64,000 bases of DNA from an uncultured Gammaproteobacteria bacterium (GTDB taxonomy: Bacteria; Pseudomonadota; Gammaproteobacteria; Steroidobacterales; UBA11654). This document shows, one piece after another, positions 20,300 to 29,208 of the stretch; the stretch's first letter is position 1, and each line of letters begins with the position of its first letter. Below the pieces are notes generated by a model. The model did no database searches. It had not been told where the DNA came from and was given only the letters and a program-made list of their open reading frames with translations. The position numbers and the translations under genes were made by a program. The stretch spans positions 7,726 through 71,725 of the forward strand of contig CACDKD010000007.1 of the NCBI GenBank assembly GCA_902553145.1, read 5' to 3'.

Positions 20300-21196
20300 C
20301 TATTCAGACTCAATGATCTCAATCCATTCTCCTGCAACCCCAACTGTTACACCAACCTTGCTTCCATTATATGGGAAAGCATCTATTGATTGAGGTTCAT
20401 GCTTCCATTCAACATTTATCTGATCAATGGAATTTGTTGAAAATGAAACCATTGATGTGGATGGAGGCAGATGACCTTCCTTCACCTGTCTAGACTCAAA
20501 CGTATCACCGTTATTCCATTCATCGAGTTCTATCAAAAAGTTCTCTTCAAACTCAACTAAGGCCAGAGGAAAGACTGAATCGTCTGGAAGATTATTCATT
20601 CTAGCAAGGACTCCGATTTTCCAATCAGAAGCTTCTGTCACAGGCATATCAAATGCACTCTTGTAATACTCTCTTAATGACTCCATCGAAGCTCCACCGA
20701 GTACCATTATAAACACTCGATCCACATAAGATTGTGCTGAACCCAGATTAAAACCTGAGCCTTCTGGAATGATTCTAGTCAAGTATAAAACTTCATCGGA
20801 TGGGCCCAAAACCTGCATTGCCCTGGGAGCATCTGGAGTAGGGTATAAGTCGTATGGCATGCCAATGATCTCAAACGCTGATGACTCAAGCTCAGTAGCT
20901 AATTGATCTGGGTTTTGTACGAGTATTTCAGTCGAATTCCATCCATGTGTCCCCATAGGTCTATAATTCATCTTCTCCTCATCCTCAATGAATCTTAAAT
21001 AAACCGGTTCACCGCTGCTTGGCTGCATAATTGTATAGGGATGATCAACCATTGCGTCAGCGCCCCAAACCTCTGCAAGATCCTCGTCTACAATGCCCTG
21101 CGATACGATTTCATAATCCAAATATTCGTTATACGCTTCTTCGGTTACATTGAGATTGGTAACCAGCATGGTCACCATCATTATTGACTTCAACAT
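20300..21196 (-). CDS. Probable two-domain VOC/glyoxalase-like protein
   Basis: Repeated beta-alpha-beta modules, GPSDEVLYLT and terminal GVAGEWIEIIE, typical of VOC folds. Confidence 0.6.
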   Translation of the reverse strand: MLKSIMMVTMLVTNLNVTEEAYNEYLDYEIVSQGIVDEDLAEVWGADAMVDHPYTIMQPSSGEPVYLRFIEDEEKMNYRPMGTHGWNSTEILVQNPDQLATELESSAFEIIGMPYDLYPTPDAPRAMQVLGPSDEVLYLTRIIPEGSGFNLGSAQSYVDRVFIMVLGGASMESLREYYKSAFDMPVTEASDWKIGVLARMNNLPDDSVFPLALVEFEENFLIELDEWNNGDTFESRQVKEGHLPPSTSMVSFSTNSIDQINVEWKHEPQSIDAFPYNGSKVGVTVGVAGEWIEIIESE

Positions 21197-21295
21197 ATAC
21201 TTAACTCCAAGTTTTTAATGCTTTTAAATAATACTTTTGATTAGGTATAGAATACTGTATGTTTTCATGAAGTATAAAACTTTTCTCGCCTTTGA

Positions 21296-22570
21296 ATGAA
21301 TTCAACCATTAAAAATCCTAACAATTATCGCTGGATAATATTAGCGGTCTGTTTTTTTACAATAACTTTCACAAACGGCTTAACGCTGGGTGGATTGGTT
21401 GTTTTCGATAGGGAACTACTTAACTATTTATCTGAGGTTACTGGCGGGGAAATTCTCAGGCAAGAATTAAAGCTTAAGGATGCAATCACGCTTTGGTCTA
21501 CTGCTGTTTTTGCATTTATAGCAGGCATCATTATTGATCGAGTAGGGGTTCGCTCCTTGATGGTTTCTGGCATGTTTTTGTTATCTGCAACTTTCTATTT
21601 TTATGCGAAGTCTGATTCTTTGGCCGATATGTATATCATCCATATATTTCAAGGGATCGTTTTGAGCGTGTCTGGAATGGTCATCAATGTCGTCCTTATA
21701 TCAAAATGGTTCAATGATAATAGAGGCTTGGCAATTGGGGTATTGCTTGCTGGTACCAGTGTTGGAAATGGAATATTTCCGCAAATAAATACTTATTTAC
21801 TAACCATCAGTGATGGTGACTGGCGTCAAGTAATGATGTGGTTGGCTTTAATCCCATTGGCTTATGCTCCTATTCTGTTTGCATTGATTAAAGAGAAACC
21901 TGAAGACGTCGAAACTAAAGAAGATAATGAAGCCAAAAATGATTTCAAAGCATCCAGTATCGAGGGAGGCTTCACACTTCAAGAAACATTAATGTCATCA
22001 AATTTCTGGTTCTTGTCCGTCATGGCTTTTTGTACTTTTTATTCCATACTGGCAATGATTGGTCATGTATTCCTAATGTTAGATGGGGAAGGTTACTCTC
22101 CACAAATATCTGCAACCGGTGTCTCCATAATCTTTATAGGCGGCTTTATTGGTAAAGTCATCAGTGGCAAGTTAGCCGAAATGATAGGAAGAAAAATAGT
22201 GCTTGTTGGCGGAGTCGCCATGATGTTGGCGGGATCACTGTTAATCGTAAGTTCGATCTTTTATAAGAATCCATTATTGATATGGATAGGTCTTACACTC
22301 TATGGAACAGGATGGGGCGGTCTATACACTCTTATTCAGCTTCTTGTGGCAGATTTATTTGGTCTTATTGCGATTGGAAAGATCATGGGAGTAATCAATA
22401 TAATAGATACAATTGGAGGAGGACTGGGCCCAATCATTACAGCTGTTATTTATGATTCAACACAAAACTATCTGATGCCATTTCTGGTTATTTCTGCTCT
22501 CTTAGTAATTGCTTTAATTTCATCATCAATGCTTAAGATTGATGATGAAGCTATAGAACAAAACAGATAA
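21296..22570 (+). CDS. MFS transporter
   Basis: About 12 TMs; GIIIDRVGVR motif A and KWFNDNRGLAIG. Confidence 0.9.
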   Translation: MNSTIKNPNNYRWIILAVCFFTITFTNGLTLGGLVVFDRELLNYLSEVTGGEILRQELKLKDAITLWSTAVFAFIAGIIIDRVGVRSLMVSGMFLLSATFYFYAKSDSLADMYIIHIFQGIVLSVSGMVINVVLISKWFNDNRGLAIGVLLAGTSVGNGIFPQINTYLLTISDGDWRQVMMWLALIPLAYAPILFALIKEKPEDVETKEDNEAKNDFKASSIEGGFTLQETLMSSNFWFLSVMAFCTFYSILAMIGHVFLMLDGEGYSPQISATGVSIIFIGGFIGKVISGKLAEMIGRKIVLVGGVAMMLAGSLLIVSSIFYKNPLLIWIGLTLYGTGWGGLYTLIQLLVADLFGLIAIGKIMGVINIIDTIGGGLGPIITAVIYDSTQNYLMPFLVISALLVIALISSSMLKIDDEAIEQNR

Positions 22571-22593
22571 GATTAATATTCTTTATTCAAAAT

Positions 22594-23355
22594 ATGAACT
22601 CCGATTCGAACAATATACTCAAAAATGAAATAACACTAGTCACCGGTGCATCTAGAGGCATTGGTGCTGGAATCGCTAAATTATTTGGTGAATCTGGCTC
22701 TTACATAATTGGTACTGCAACGACACAAGAAGGCGCGGATGCAATAACCCAGAGAGTAAATAAAGGTGTTTCCAAAGGTGAGGGGGTTGTATTGGATGTT
22801 TCCAAATCCGAAGATGTAAATAGAATAATCAAGGAAATGAAGGAAAGAGACTTGCTGCCTTCAATACTCATCAATAATGCAGGCATCAGCTTGGAAAGTC
22901 TTTTGATGAGAATAAAGGACGATGACTGGAAAAAAATTATTGATACAAACTTATCCTCTGCATTCTTTTTATGCAAAGCTGCGGTCTCAGGAATGATGAA
23001 AAATAGAAAAGGAAGAATCATTAACATTGGCTCAGTTGTGGGATCAATCGGTGCAATAGGGAATGCTCATTACAGTGCAAGCAAAGCGGCACTTCTTGGA
23101 TTCACAAAATCATTGGCATTAGAAGTTGGGTCTAGAGGCATCACCGTTAATAATATAGCGCCTGGCTACATTACTACAGATATGACAAAAGACATCAAAA
23201 GCGAGCTCAGCGAGGCATTGATGAATAAGATTCCGATGAATCGTTTTGGATCACCTGAAGATGTTGCTAAAGTGGCACTATTTTTGGCCTCAGAATCGGG
23301 CTCTTATATAACTGGACAAACCATTCACGTAAATGGCGGGATGCACATGGAATGA
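22594..23355 (+). CDS. fabG: 3-oxoacyl-ACP reductase
   Basis: TGASRGIG, NNAGI, YSASK and TGQTIHVNGG motifs; directly upstream of acpP. Confidence 0.9.
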   Translation: MNSDSNNILKNEITLVTGASRGIGAGIAKLFGESGSYIIGTATTQEGADAITQRVNKGVSKGEGVVLDVSKSEDVNRIIKEMKERDLLPSILINNAGISLESLLMRIKDDDWKKIIDTNLSSAFFLCKAAVSGMMKNRKGRIINIGSVVGSIGAIGNAHYSASKAALLGFTKSLALEVGSRGITVNNIAPGYITTDMTKDIKSELSEALMNKIPMNRFGSPEDVAKVALFLASESGSYITGQTIHVNGGMHME

Positions 23356-23434
23356 TATATTGCTTAAAACTGCTTGAGAAAAGAGGCAATTACCATAAAA
23401 TACAACAATCTTTTGTTTAATTTAGGGGAAAAAC

Positions 23435-23665
23435 ATGAGTGTTGAAGAAAGAGTAAAAGGCATCGTTGCCGAGCAACTTAGTATTGGTGCTGATGAAATT
23501 AAGAATGAATCGAGCTTTATTGACGATCTTGGGGCCGACTCTCTGGATACAGTCGAGTTGGTAATGGCTTTGGAAGAAGAATTTGATATTGAAATATCAG
23601 ACGACGAAGCCGAGAATATATCCACAGTTCAAACGGCTATTGACTACATAAATAGCAATTCATAA
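23435..23665 (+). CDS. acpP: Acyl carrier protein
   Basis: [20 protein letters not shown] phosphopantetheine site. Confidence 0.97.
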   Translation: MSVEERVKGIVAEQLSIGADEIKNESSFIDDLGADSLDTVELVMALEEEFDIEISDDEAENISTVQTAIDYINSNS

Positions 23666-23686
23666 AAGCGGTTAAACAACTTTTAG

Positions 23687-23718
23687 AAAACGGCATGAAA
23701 TTCATGCCGTTTTTTTTT
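23687..23718 (+). terminator. Rho-independent terminator after acpP
   Basis: AAAA-CGGCATGAA-A-TTCATGCCG-T9 inverted repeat. Confidence 0.88.
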
Positions 23719-23752
23719 GAGTAATTTCAATGATTTTAGGAAAATAGAAAGC

Positions 23753-24211
23753 ATGAAGAATATGATCAGAAGAACAACTCTTAAAGTAAGAGATATACAA
23801 AAATCTTATGACTTTTATACAAAAGTTTTAGGCATGGAGACCTATTACAACAATGAAGTAACCGTAAAGAATGACCTTCTGCCTGGAACAAAACAAGGTG
23901 ACAAAATTCATCTGATCATTCTCAAAGCACAAGATCCAGTCATTGGAATGATCGGGTTGCTGAAACCAATTGATCCTGAGGAGCAATTTCCTCCTGTGGA
24001 CTTTGATTTTAAATTTGGTTCATCAGTCTTTGTGGTTGGCGTTGAGGATGTCGAAGATTTATACCAAAAGGCTCTAAAGTTTGGAGCAAAAATGAGGGCG
24101 CCATTGAGTGAAACAATATATCCCGGTGCTGATGGCAATGACGTGCACGTCAATTCGCTTGGATTGTATGATCCAGACGGTCATTTTTTGGAATGCAATC
24201 AGAGGCTCTGA
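23753..24211 (+). CDS. VOC/glyoxalase family protein
   Basis: LKVRDIQKSYDFYTKVLGM and YDPDGHFLE motifs; start set at ATG 23753. Confidence 0.85.
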   Translation: MKNMIRRTTLKVRDIQKSYDFYTKVLGMETYYNNEVTVKNDLLPGTKQGDKIHLIILKAQDPVIGMIGLLKPIDPEEQFPPVDFDFKFGSSVFVVGVEDVEDLYQKALKFGAKMRAPLSETIYPGADGNDVHVNSLGLYDPDGHFLECNQRL

Positions 24212-24216
24212 AATCC

Positions 24217-24708
24217 ATGAAAAAAGGTTTTAAAACAACGCCGGTTTCAAGAATCACTCTTTTTTGTCGTGATTTAGAAAAATCACTTGCGCTATACAGA
24301 GACATACTTGGCTTTGAAGAAGTTGAAAGCAAGACCATCCAAAAAAAAGCATTCAATGAATTAATGAATATCCATGACAAAAACTGCTTTGTCAGAATCA
24401 GCTATCTTCAGTCAGAGAGATCGGATCATGGGCTGATTGCTTTATTTGAAATCAATTCATCTGAATTAGACAAGAATCAGTCAATTCAAACTACACAAAT
24501 TCAATACGGACAAAGTGTGATTGTTTTGAGCACAAAAGATCACAAAAAGATTTATCGGGAATTAAAAAAGAAAGATTATTCATTTCTGGTTGAGCCAACT
24601 GAGTATGAAAAGTTGGAAGACAGTGAGTACATTAAAGCCGGACTTTACAAGGAAATGTCTTTTTATGATCCTGACGGATTTCTCATCAACCTCATCGAAT
24701 ATAACTGA
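24217..24708 (+). CDS. VOC/glyoxalase family protein
   Basis: CRDLEKSLALYRDILGF and FYDPDGFLINL motifs; start set at ATG 24217. Confidence 0.85.
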   Translation: MKKGFKTTPVSRITLFCRDLEKSLALYRDILGFEEVESKTIQKKAFNELMNIHDKNCFVRISYLQSERSDHGLIALFEINSSELDKNQSIQTTQIQYGQSVIVLSTKDHKKIYRELKKKDYSFLVEPTEYEKLEDSEYIKAGLYKEMSFYDPDGFLINLIEYN

Positions 24709-24756
24709 TAGTATATAGCTTTAAATTAGAGCTATTTTCTAGGGAACAAAAGATAC

Positions 24757-25383
24757 ATGTTGGGTCAATTTATAACCATCGAAGGCATTGAATGCGTTGG
24801 CAAGTCCACAAATGCCAAATTTATAGAAACTATGCTCAATCAAAAGGGGTACAAAACCCTTGTCACCAGAGAACCCGGGGGTTCAGGCATTGGAGAAAAA
24901 ATTCGTAACATTCTTTTATTTGAGAAGAAAGATACGCTTTCACCCATGACAGAACTTCTTTTATTATTTGCTGCAAGAGAAAAACATATCAATGAAATTA
25001 TAAAACCGGCCCTAGAAAACGGAACATGGGTTATTTGCGATCGTTTTACCGATGCGAGCTTTGCATACCAGGGCTTTGGAAGAGGGCTAGGTTTTGAAAA
25101 GGTAAATCAATTGAAAGCTCTGATACAAAAAGATTTCGAACCCGATTTGACAATTTTATTAGATGCGCCTCTTGAAGTTATTACCAGTAGAAGAAAATTA
25201 AACCCAAACGATCGATTTGAGTCCGAAGATAAAAAATTCTTTGGTCGAGTGAGGAACGGATATCTTGAATTGGCAAAAATCTTCGAAGACAGAGTCAAAG
25301 TGATTGATGCATCGCAGGATATAGAGGATGTTCAAAATCAAATTAAAATCTTAATCAACTCAATGGTCAATGTTCAGTCATGA
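24757..25383 (+). CDS. tmk: Thymidylate kinase
   Basis: FITIEGIECVGKST, TREPGG, CDRFTDASFAYQG and PDLT motifs. Confidence 0.95.
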   Translation: MLGQFITIEGIECVGKSTNAKFIETMLNQKGYKTLVTREPGGSGIGEKIRNILLFEKKDTLSPMTELLLLFAAREKHINEIIKPALENGTWVICDRFTDASFAYQGFGRGLGFEKVNQLKALIQKDFEPDLTILLDAPLEVITSRRKLNPNDRFESEDKKFFGRVRNGYLELAKIFEDRVKVIDASQDIEDVQNQIKILINSMVNVQS

Positions 25384-26327
25384 TTAACGAATACCCATGG
25401 TTAAGAGAAACATATCAGCCTCTAGAAAAGAACATTAAAGAGCATAAAAATGCCCATGCATTTTTGATACTAGGAAATTCTGGTATTGGCCGTTTAGCGC
25501 TGGCTGAGTTTTTAAGTGATGCATTCCTTGGATTCGAGGAAAGCAATTCAAGTGAGACCATTGATAAAGTCATTGTTTCACCAATGGAAGATAAAAAAAC
25601 AATCAGTATTGACCAAATTAGATCTTTAAAAGATTCACTATTGTTAACCAGCCTAAAAGGCAAAGGCAAAGTTGGAATCATTTATCCCGCTGAAGCCATG
25701 ACTTATCCTGCAGCAAATAGTTTACTAAAGATTCTCGAAGAGCCGCCTAAAGATACAATGATTATTCTTATTTCTGAATCATCAGGAAAGCTGCCTAGAA
25801 CCATTGTCAGCCGCTCTCAAATCATTAATTGTGGGCACCCAAGTTTTGATCAAACAATCAAATGGCTGGGAGAAAGAGAAGATGAAGACTGGATCTCAAT
25901 ATTGTCAGTATTTGGGAATCGACCAGTTCTCTTAAGTGAAATCGGACATGAGACGTTAATAAATCAAATAAATTCAATGTCTTCACAAATAACTGGCTTA
26001 ATTGATGGAAAAATAAAGCCTTCAGAAATTTCAGACTCATGGAAGAGTGAAGATATCGAACTCAATCTCAGAGTACTTTATAGTTGGATCTTCCAATATT
26101 TAGAAATAAGATTATTGAAAAGTAATGATGATCAGAATCTTCCAAATGGGTTGAAACGAATGCTTCATCACAATATCGATCATGAACGTTGCTTCAAGCT
26201 AATGGATGAAATAATAAGACTTAGTGAATTAAAATATAGTGGAAAGGGGTTGAGTTGGAATCTTCATATCACAAAACTACTTAACCCTTTGTTTGTTGAT
26301 ATGTCTGGAATGAAAGAATATGTCTGA
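25380..26327 (+). CDS. holB: DNA polymerase III delta' subunit
   Basis: ISIDQIR, AANSLLKILEEPP and TIVSR motifs; follows tmk with an ATGA overlap. Confidence 0.88.
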   Translation: MINEYPWLRETYQPLEKNIKEHKNAHAFLILGNSGIGRLALAEFLSDAFLGFEESNSSETIDKVIVSPMEDKKTISIDQIRSLKDSLLLTSLKGKGKVGIIYPAEAMTYPAANSLLKILEEPPKDTMIILISESSGKLPRTIVSRSQIINCGHPSFDQTIKWLGEREDEDWISILSVFGNRPVLLSEIGHETLINQINSMSSQITGLIDGKIKPSEISDSWKSEDIELNLRVLYSWIFQYLEIRLLKSNDDQNLPNGLKRMLHHNIDHERCFKLMDEIIRLSELKYSGKGLSWNLHITKLLNPLFVDMSGMKEYV

Positions 26328-27372
26328 AAAGAAAATTAAAACAGATGCACTAATCATTGGCGCAGGGCCTTGTGGGCTATTTCAAGTCTTTGAATTAGGA
26401 TTACTGGGCATCGATTCTGTGCTAATAGACAGTTTGCCAACGATTGGCGGTCAATGCACAGAACTATATCCTGATAAACCAATCTATGACATACCCGGTA
26501 TCCCCGTCTGCACAGGCGAAGAACTGATAGAAAATCTCTCAAAACAAATCGAGCCGTTCTCTCCCAAAATAATTTTGGGCGATGAGGTAACAGAACTAAA
26601 AAAGAGCAATGATTCATTTGAACTAGAAACCCAAAAAGGTACGACCATATCCGCGAAAACTGTTTTTATCGCTGGCGGAGTTGGATCTTTTCAACCGAGA
26701 AAAATTAGGCTCAAAGGGATCGATGATTTCGAGGACAAATGGTTGCATTACAGGGTGAAAGATAAAAAATCTTTCTACGGTAAAAAAATTATCATAGCAG
26801 GGGGAGGAGATTCTGCATTGGACTGGGCAATCGATTTTGCAGAATCAAACGATCACCAAGAAAACGGTGGAACGGTCAGTCTGATTCATCGTCGAGATGA
26901 ATACAGAGGGGCAGAATCTTCCGTTCAAACGATCAAGTCATTTGCAGAATCGAATCGAATTAACCTTTATGAAAATAGCAAAATGTCTGGCTTTGAAGTG
27001 AATGCAGATAATTCATTTAAACTGGCTATTGATGCTGATGGAGACGAACTCAGTCTGAACGGTGATGTTTTGCTGGTCTTTTTCGGATTATCTCCAAAGT
27101 TGGGACCAATAGCCGATTGGGGTTTGGGTATCACCAAAAAATCTGTGAGTGTGGATACTGAATCTTATCAAACGAATATACCCGGAATCTTTGCCATTGG
27201 AGACATTTCTGATTACCCAGGGAAAAAGAAACTCATTTTGAGTGGTTTTCATGAGGCAGCTCTAGCGGCTTTTGCTGCGAAAGCCATAATTACGCCTGGA
27301 AAGAAAGTGAGTTTGCAATACACAACCACTAGCCCCCTCCTAAAAGAGAGACTGGGAGTGAGTGAAAAATAA
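26320..27372 (+). CDS. Ferredoxin-NADP+ reductase, thioredoxin-reductase fold (YumC-like)
   Basis: GAGPCG, GGQCTELYPDKPIYDIPG, GGGDSALDW, HRR and YPGKKKLILSGFHEA motifs; no redox CxxC. Confidence 0.88.
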   Translation: MSEKKIKTDALIIGAGPCGLFQVFELGLLGIDSVLIDSLPTIGGQCTELYPDKPIYDIPGIPVCTGEELIENLSKQIEPFSPKIILGDEVTELKKSNDSFELETQKGTTISAKTVFIAGGVGSFQPRKIRLKGIDDFEDKWLHYRVKDKKSFYGKKIIIAGGGDSALDWAIDFAESNDHQENGGTVSLIHRRDEYRGAESSVQTIKSFAESNRINLYENSKMSGFEVNADNSFKLAIDADGDELSLNGDVLLVFFGLSPKLGPIADWGLGITKKSVSVDTESYQTNIPGIFAIGDISDYPGKKKLILSGFHEAALAAFAAKAIITPGKKVSLQYTTTSPLLKERLGVSEK

Positions 27373-27405
27373 TGTAAACTAATTGCTATAAGGGGGTTCT
27401 ATAGC

Positions 27406-28473
27406 ATGGGAATTGAAATCACAGGCTGGGGTAAATGCACTCCATCTGCCGTTCTAACAAACAGTGATCTTGAGTCTATTCTGGATACCGATGACGAGTG
27501 GATTACCACTAGGACCGGTGTTAAACAGAGAAGAATAGCAGAAGCACCGCTAAGTGAAATTGGAACCATAGCCGCAAAACATGCTCTTGCTGCAGCTGAT
27601 AAGGATCCCAATGAAATCGATGCAGTAATGATGGCCACTTGTACGCCAGAATTTTTAATCCCCAGTACTGCATCTAGAGTGCAAATGAATATTGGTAACA
27701 ACACCGCTGCCGCTTTTGACTTTAATTCAGCATGCTCAGGTTTTGTTTATGGCCTAACAACTGCTTACTCAATGATTCACTCGGGAATATTTAACAATGT
27801 TCTACTTGTTGGCGGAGAGAAGGTTAGCTATTTCCTCGATTGGACTGCTCGCGATACTGCTGTTCTCTTTGGCGATGGAGCAGGGGCAGTATTAATAGAA
27901 AAAACGGATACAGATTCAAAGCTGCATTCTTCTAAAATGACTTGTGATCCATTCTTAGGAGAAGCATTGATGCTGAAAAACTTTGGAACAAGTATGGAGA
28001 TCAAGGATCCAAAGGAAGGTTACTTCTTTGGGATAAGTTTTGAAGGACAAGAGATCTTTAAAAATGCAGTCAAAACCATGGCAAGACTAGCAGAAGAAGC
28101 CTTGGAGGAATCTGGGCTTAGTGTTGATGACATTGATCTTTGTATTCCTCACCAAGCAAATCGAAGGATTCTTGAAGCAACGGCCAAAAGATGTAATTTT
28201 CCAATGGAAAAAATGATCATTAATTTAGATCGGTATGGAAATACATCAGCTGGTTCAATACCGATCGCTCTCACAGAAGCTCTCGATGAAGGTAAAGTTA
28301 AGCCTAACTCCAAAATACTCTTTCTTGCATTTGGTGGTGGACTCACTGGTGCTGCAGCAGTCATTGATTGGGGAGGGCGTTCACATGCCCTAAAGACATC
28401 AAATGAGCAACTGCCAGATAGCGGTAAAACCGCTTTGGAACTCGTCCAAGATATACTCAATATGTATCAATAG
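27406..28473 (+). CDS. fabH: Beta-ketoacyl-ACP synthase III
   Basis: ACSGF, FGDGAGA, PHQAN, YGNTSAGSIP and FGGG motifs (Cys-His-Asn triad). Confidence 0.9.
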   Translation: MGIEITGWGKCTPSAVLTNSDLESILDTDDEWITTRTGVKQRRIAEAPLSEIGTIAAKHALAAADKDPNEIDAVMMATCTPEFLIPSTASRVQMNIGNNTAAAFDFNSACSGFVYGLTTAYSMIHSGIFNNVLLVGGEKVSYFLDWTARDTAVLFGDGAGAVLIEKTDTDSKLHSSKMTCDPFLGEALMLKNFGTSMEIKDPKEGYFFGISFEGQEIFKNAVKTMARLAEEALEESGLSVDDIDLCIPHQANRRILEATAKRCNFPMEKMIINLDRYGNTSAGSIPIALTEALDEGKVKPNSKILFLAFGGGLTGAAAVIDWGGRSHALKTSNEQLPDSGKTALELVQDILNMYQ

Positions 28474-28474
28474 A

Positions 28475-29179
28475 ATGTCTAATGATCCGTATAGATCGGT
28501 ATCCGGTGAGGTCTTATATTTACATGACGATAAAGGTCAGGTTGGGCATGAAAATTTCGTCATCACAAAAGATCAGAATCTGAACAGAACCCTTCGAGCG
28601 ATTTGTGAGATCTATCAAGAAGATCTTTTAAGAGATGTGACATACACAGTTGATCAGAACTGGATCCCGCAAGATGCGTTTGTCAGACTCTCGGTTGATG
28701 GAGTGTTCAAAGGTTCGGGTTGGTTTAAGTTCTTCGGTGATGTTGTTGAATGTGAGAATTTTACAAAAGAAGCGGGAAGAGCTTCTCAAAAGCAGATTCT
28801 CAAAGGCCCAATTCAATCTTTTGGAGCACATCCGGTCAGTAATGATGCATGGGGATGTGCGGCCTTTGATATGAGTCGCCCATCTGAAAAACAACACTTT
28901 AATAACGTTGTCACGACATCTAAAACTGCACACGGGAATACGGGACCAAGCATTATGCTGACTGAAAAATACATAAGCTTTCATGGACAAGAAAATATTT
29001 CTGTGCCTGCAGGAAACTTTGAGGTGAACTATTACCAAATCAGTTGGGATGGAAGAGAGGATATGAAGAACTGGCCACCGATTCATATTTGGGCCACGCA
29101 TGATGATTTCATCATTGTAAAAATACGGTGGGATCACTTAAAATCAGACTATGTCTTGAATAGACTGGATTTAGATTAA
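28475..29179 (+). CDS. Uncharacterised protein, paralogue of 15982-16716
   Basis: ATG 1 nt after the fabH stop; shares RD(V/I)TY, FVR(L/I)SVD..F.GSGWF, GR.SQK and DAW motifs with the 15982 ORF. Confidence 0.85.
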   Translation: MSNDPYRSVSGEVLYLHDDKGQVGHENFVITKDQNLNRTLRAICEIYQEDLLRDVTYTVDQNWIPQDAFVRLSVDGVFKGSGWFKFFGDVVECENFTKEAGRASQKQILKGPIQSFGAHPVSNDAWGCAAFDMSRPSEKQHFNNVVTTSKTAHGNTGPSIMLTEKYISFHGQENISVPAGNFEVNYYQISWDGREDMKNWPPIHIWATHDDFIIVKIRWDHLKSDYVLNRLDLD

Positions 29180-29208
29180 TAACCAAAATACCTGGATACA
29201 TTTCAACA

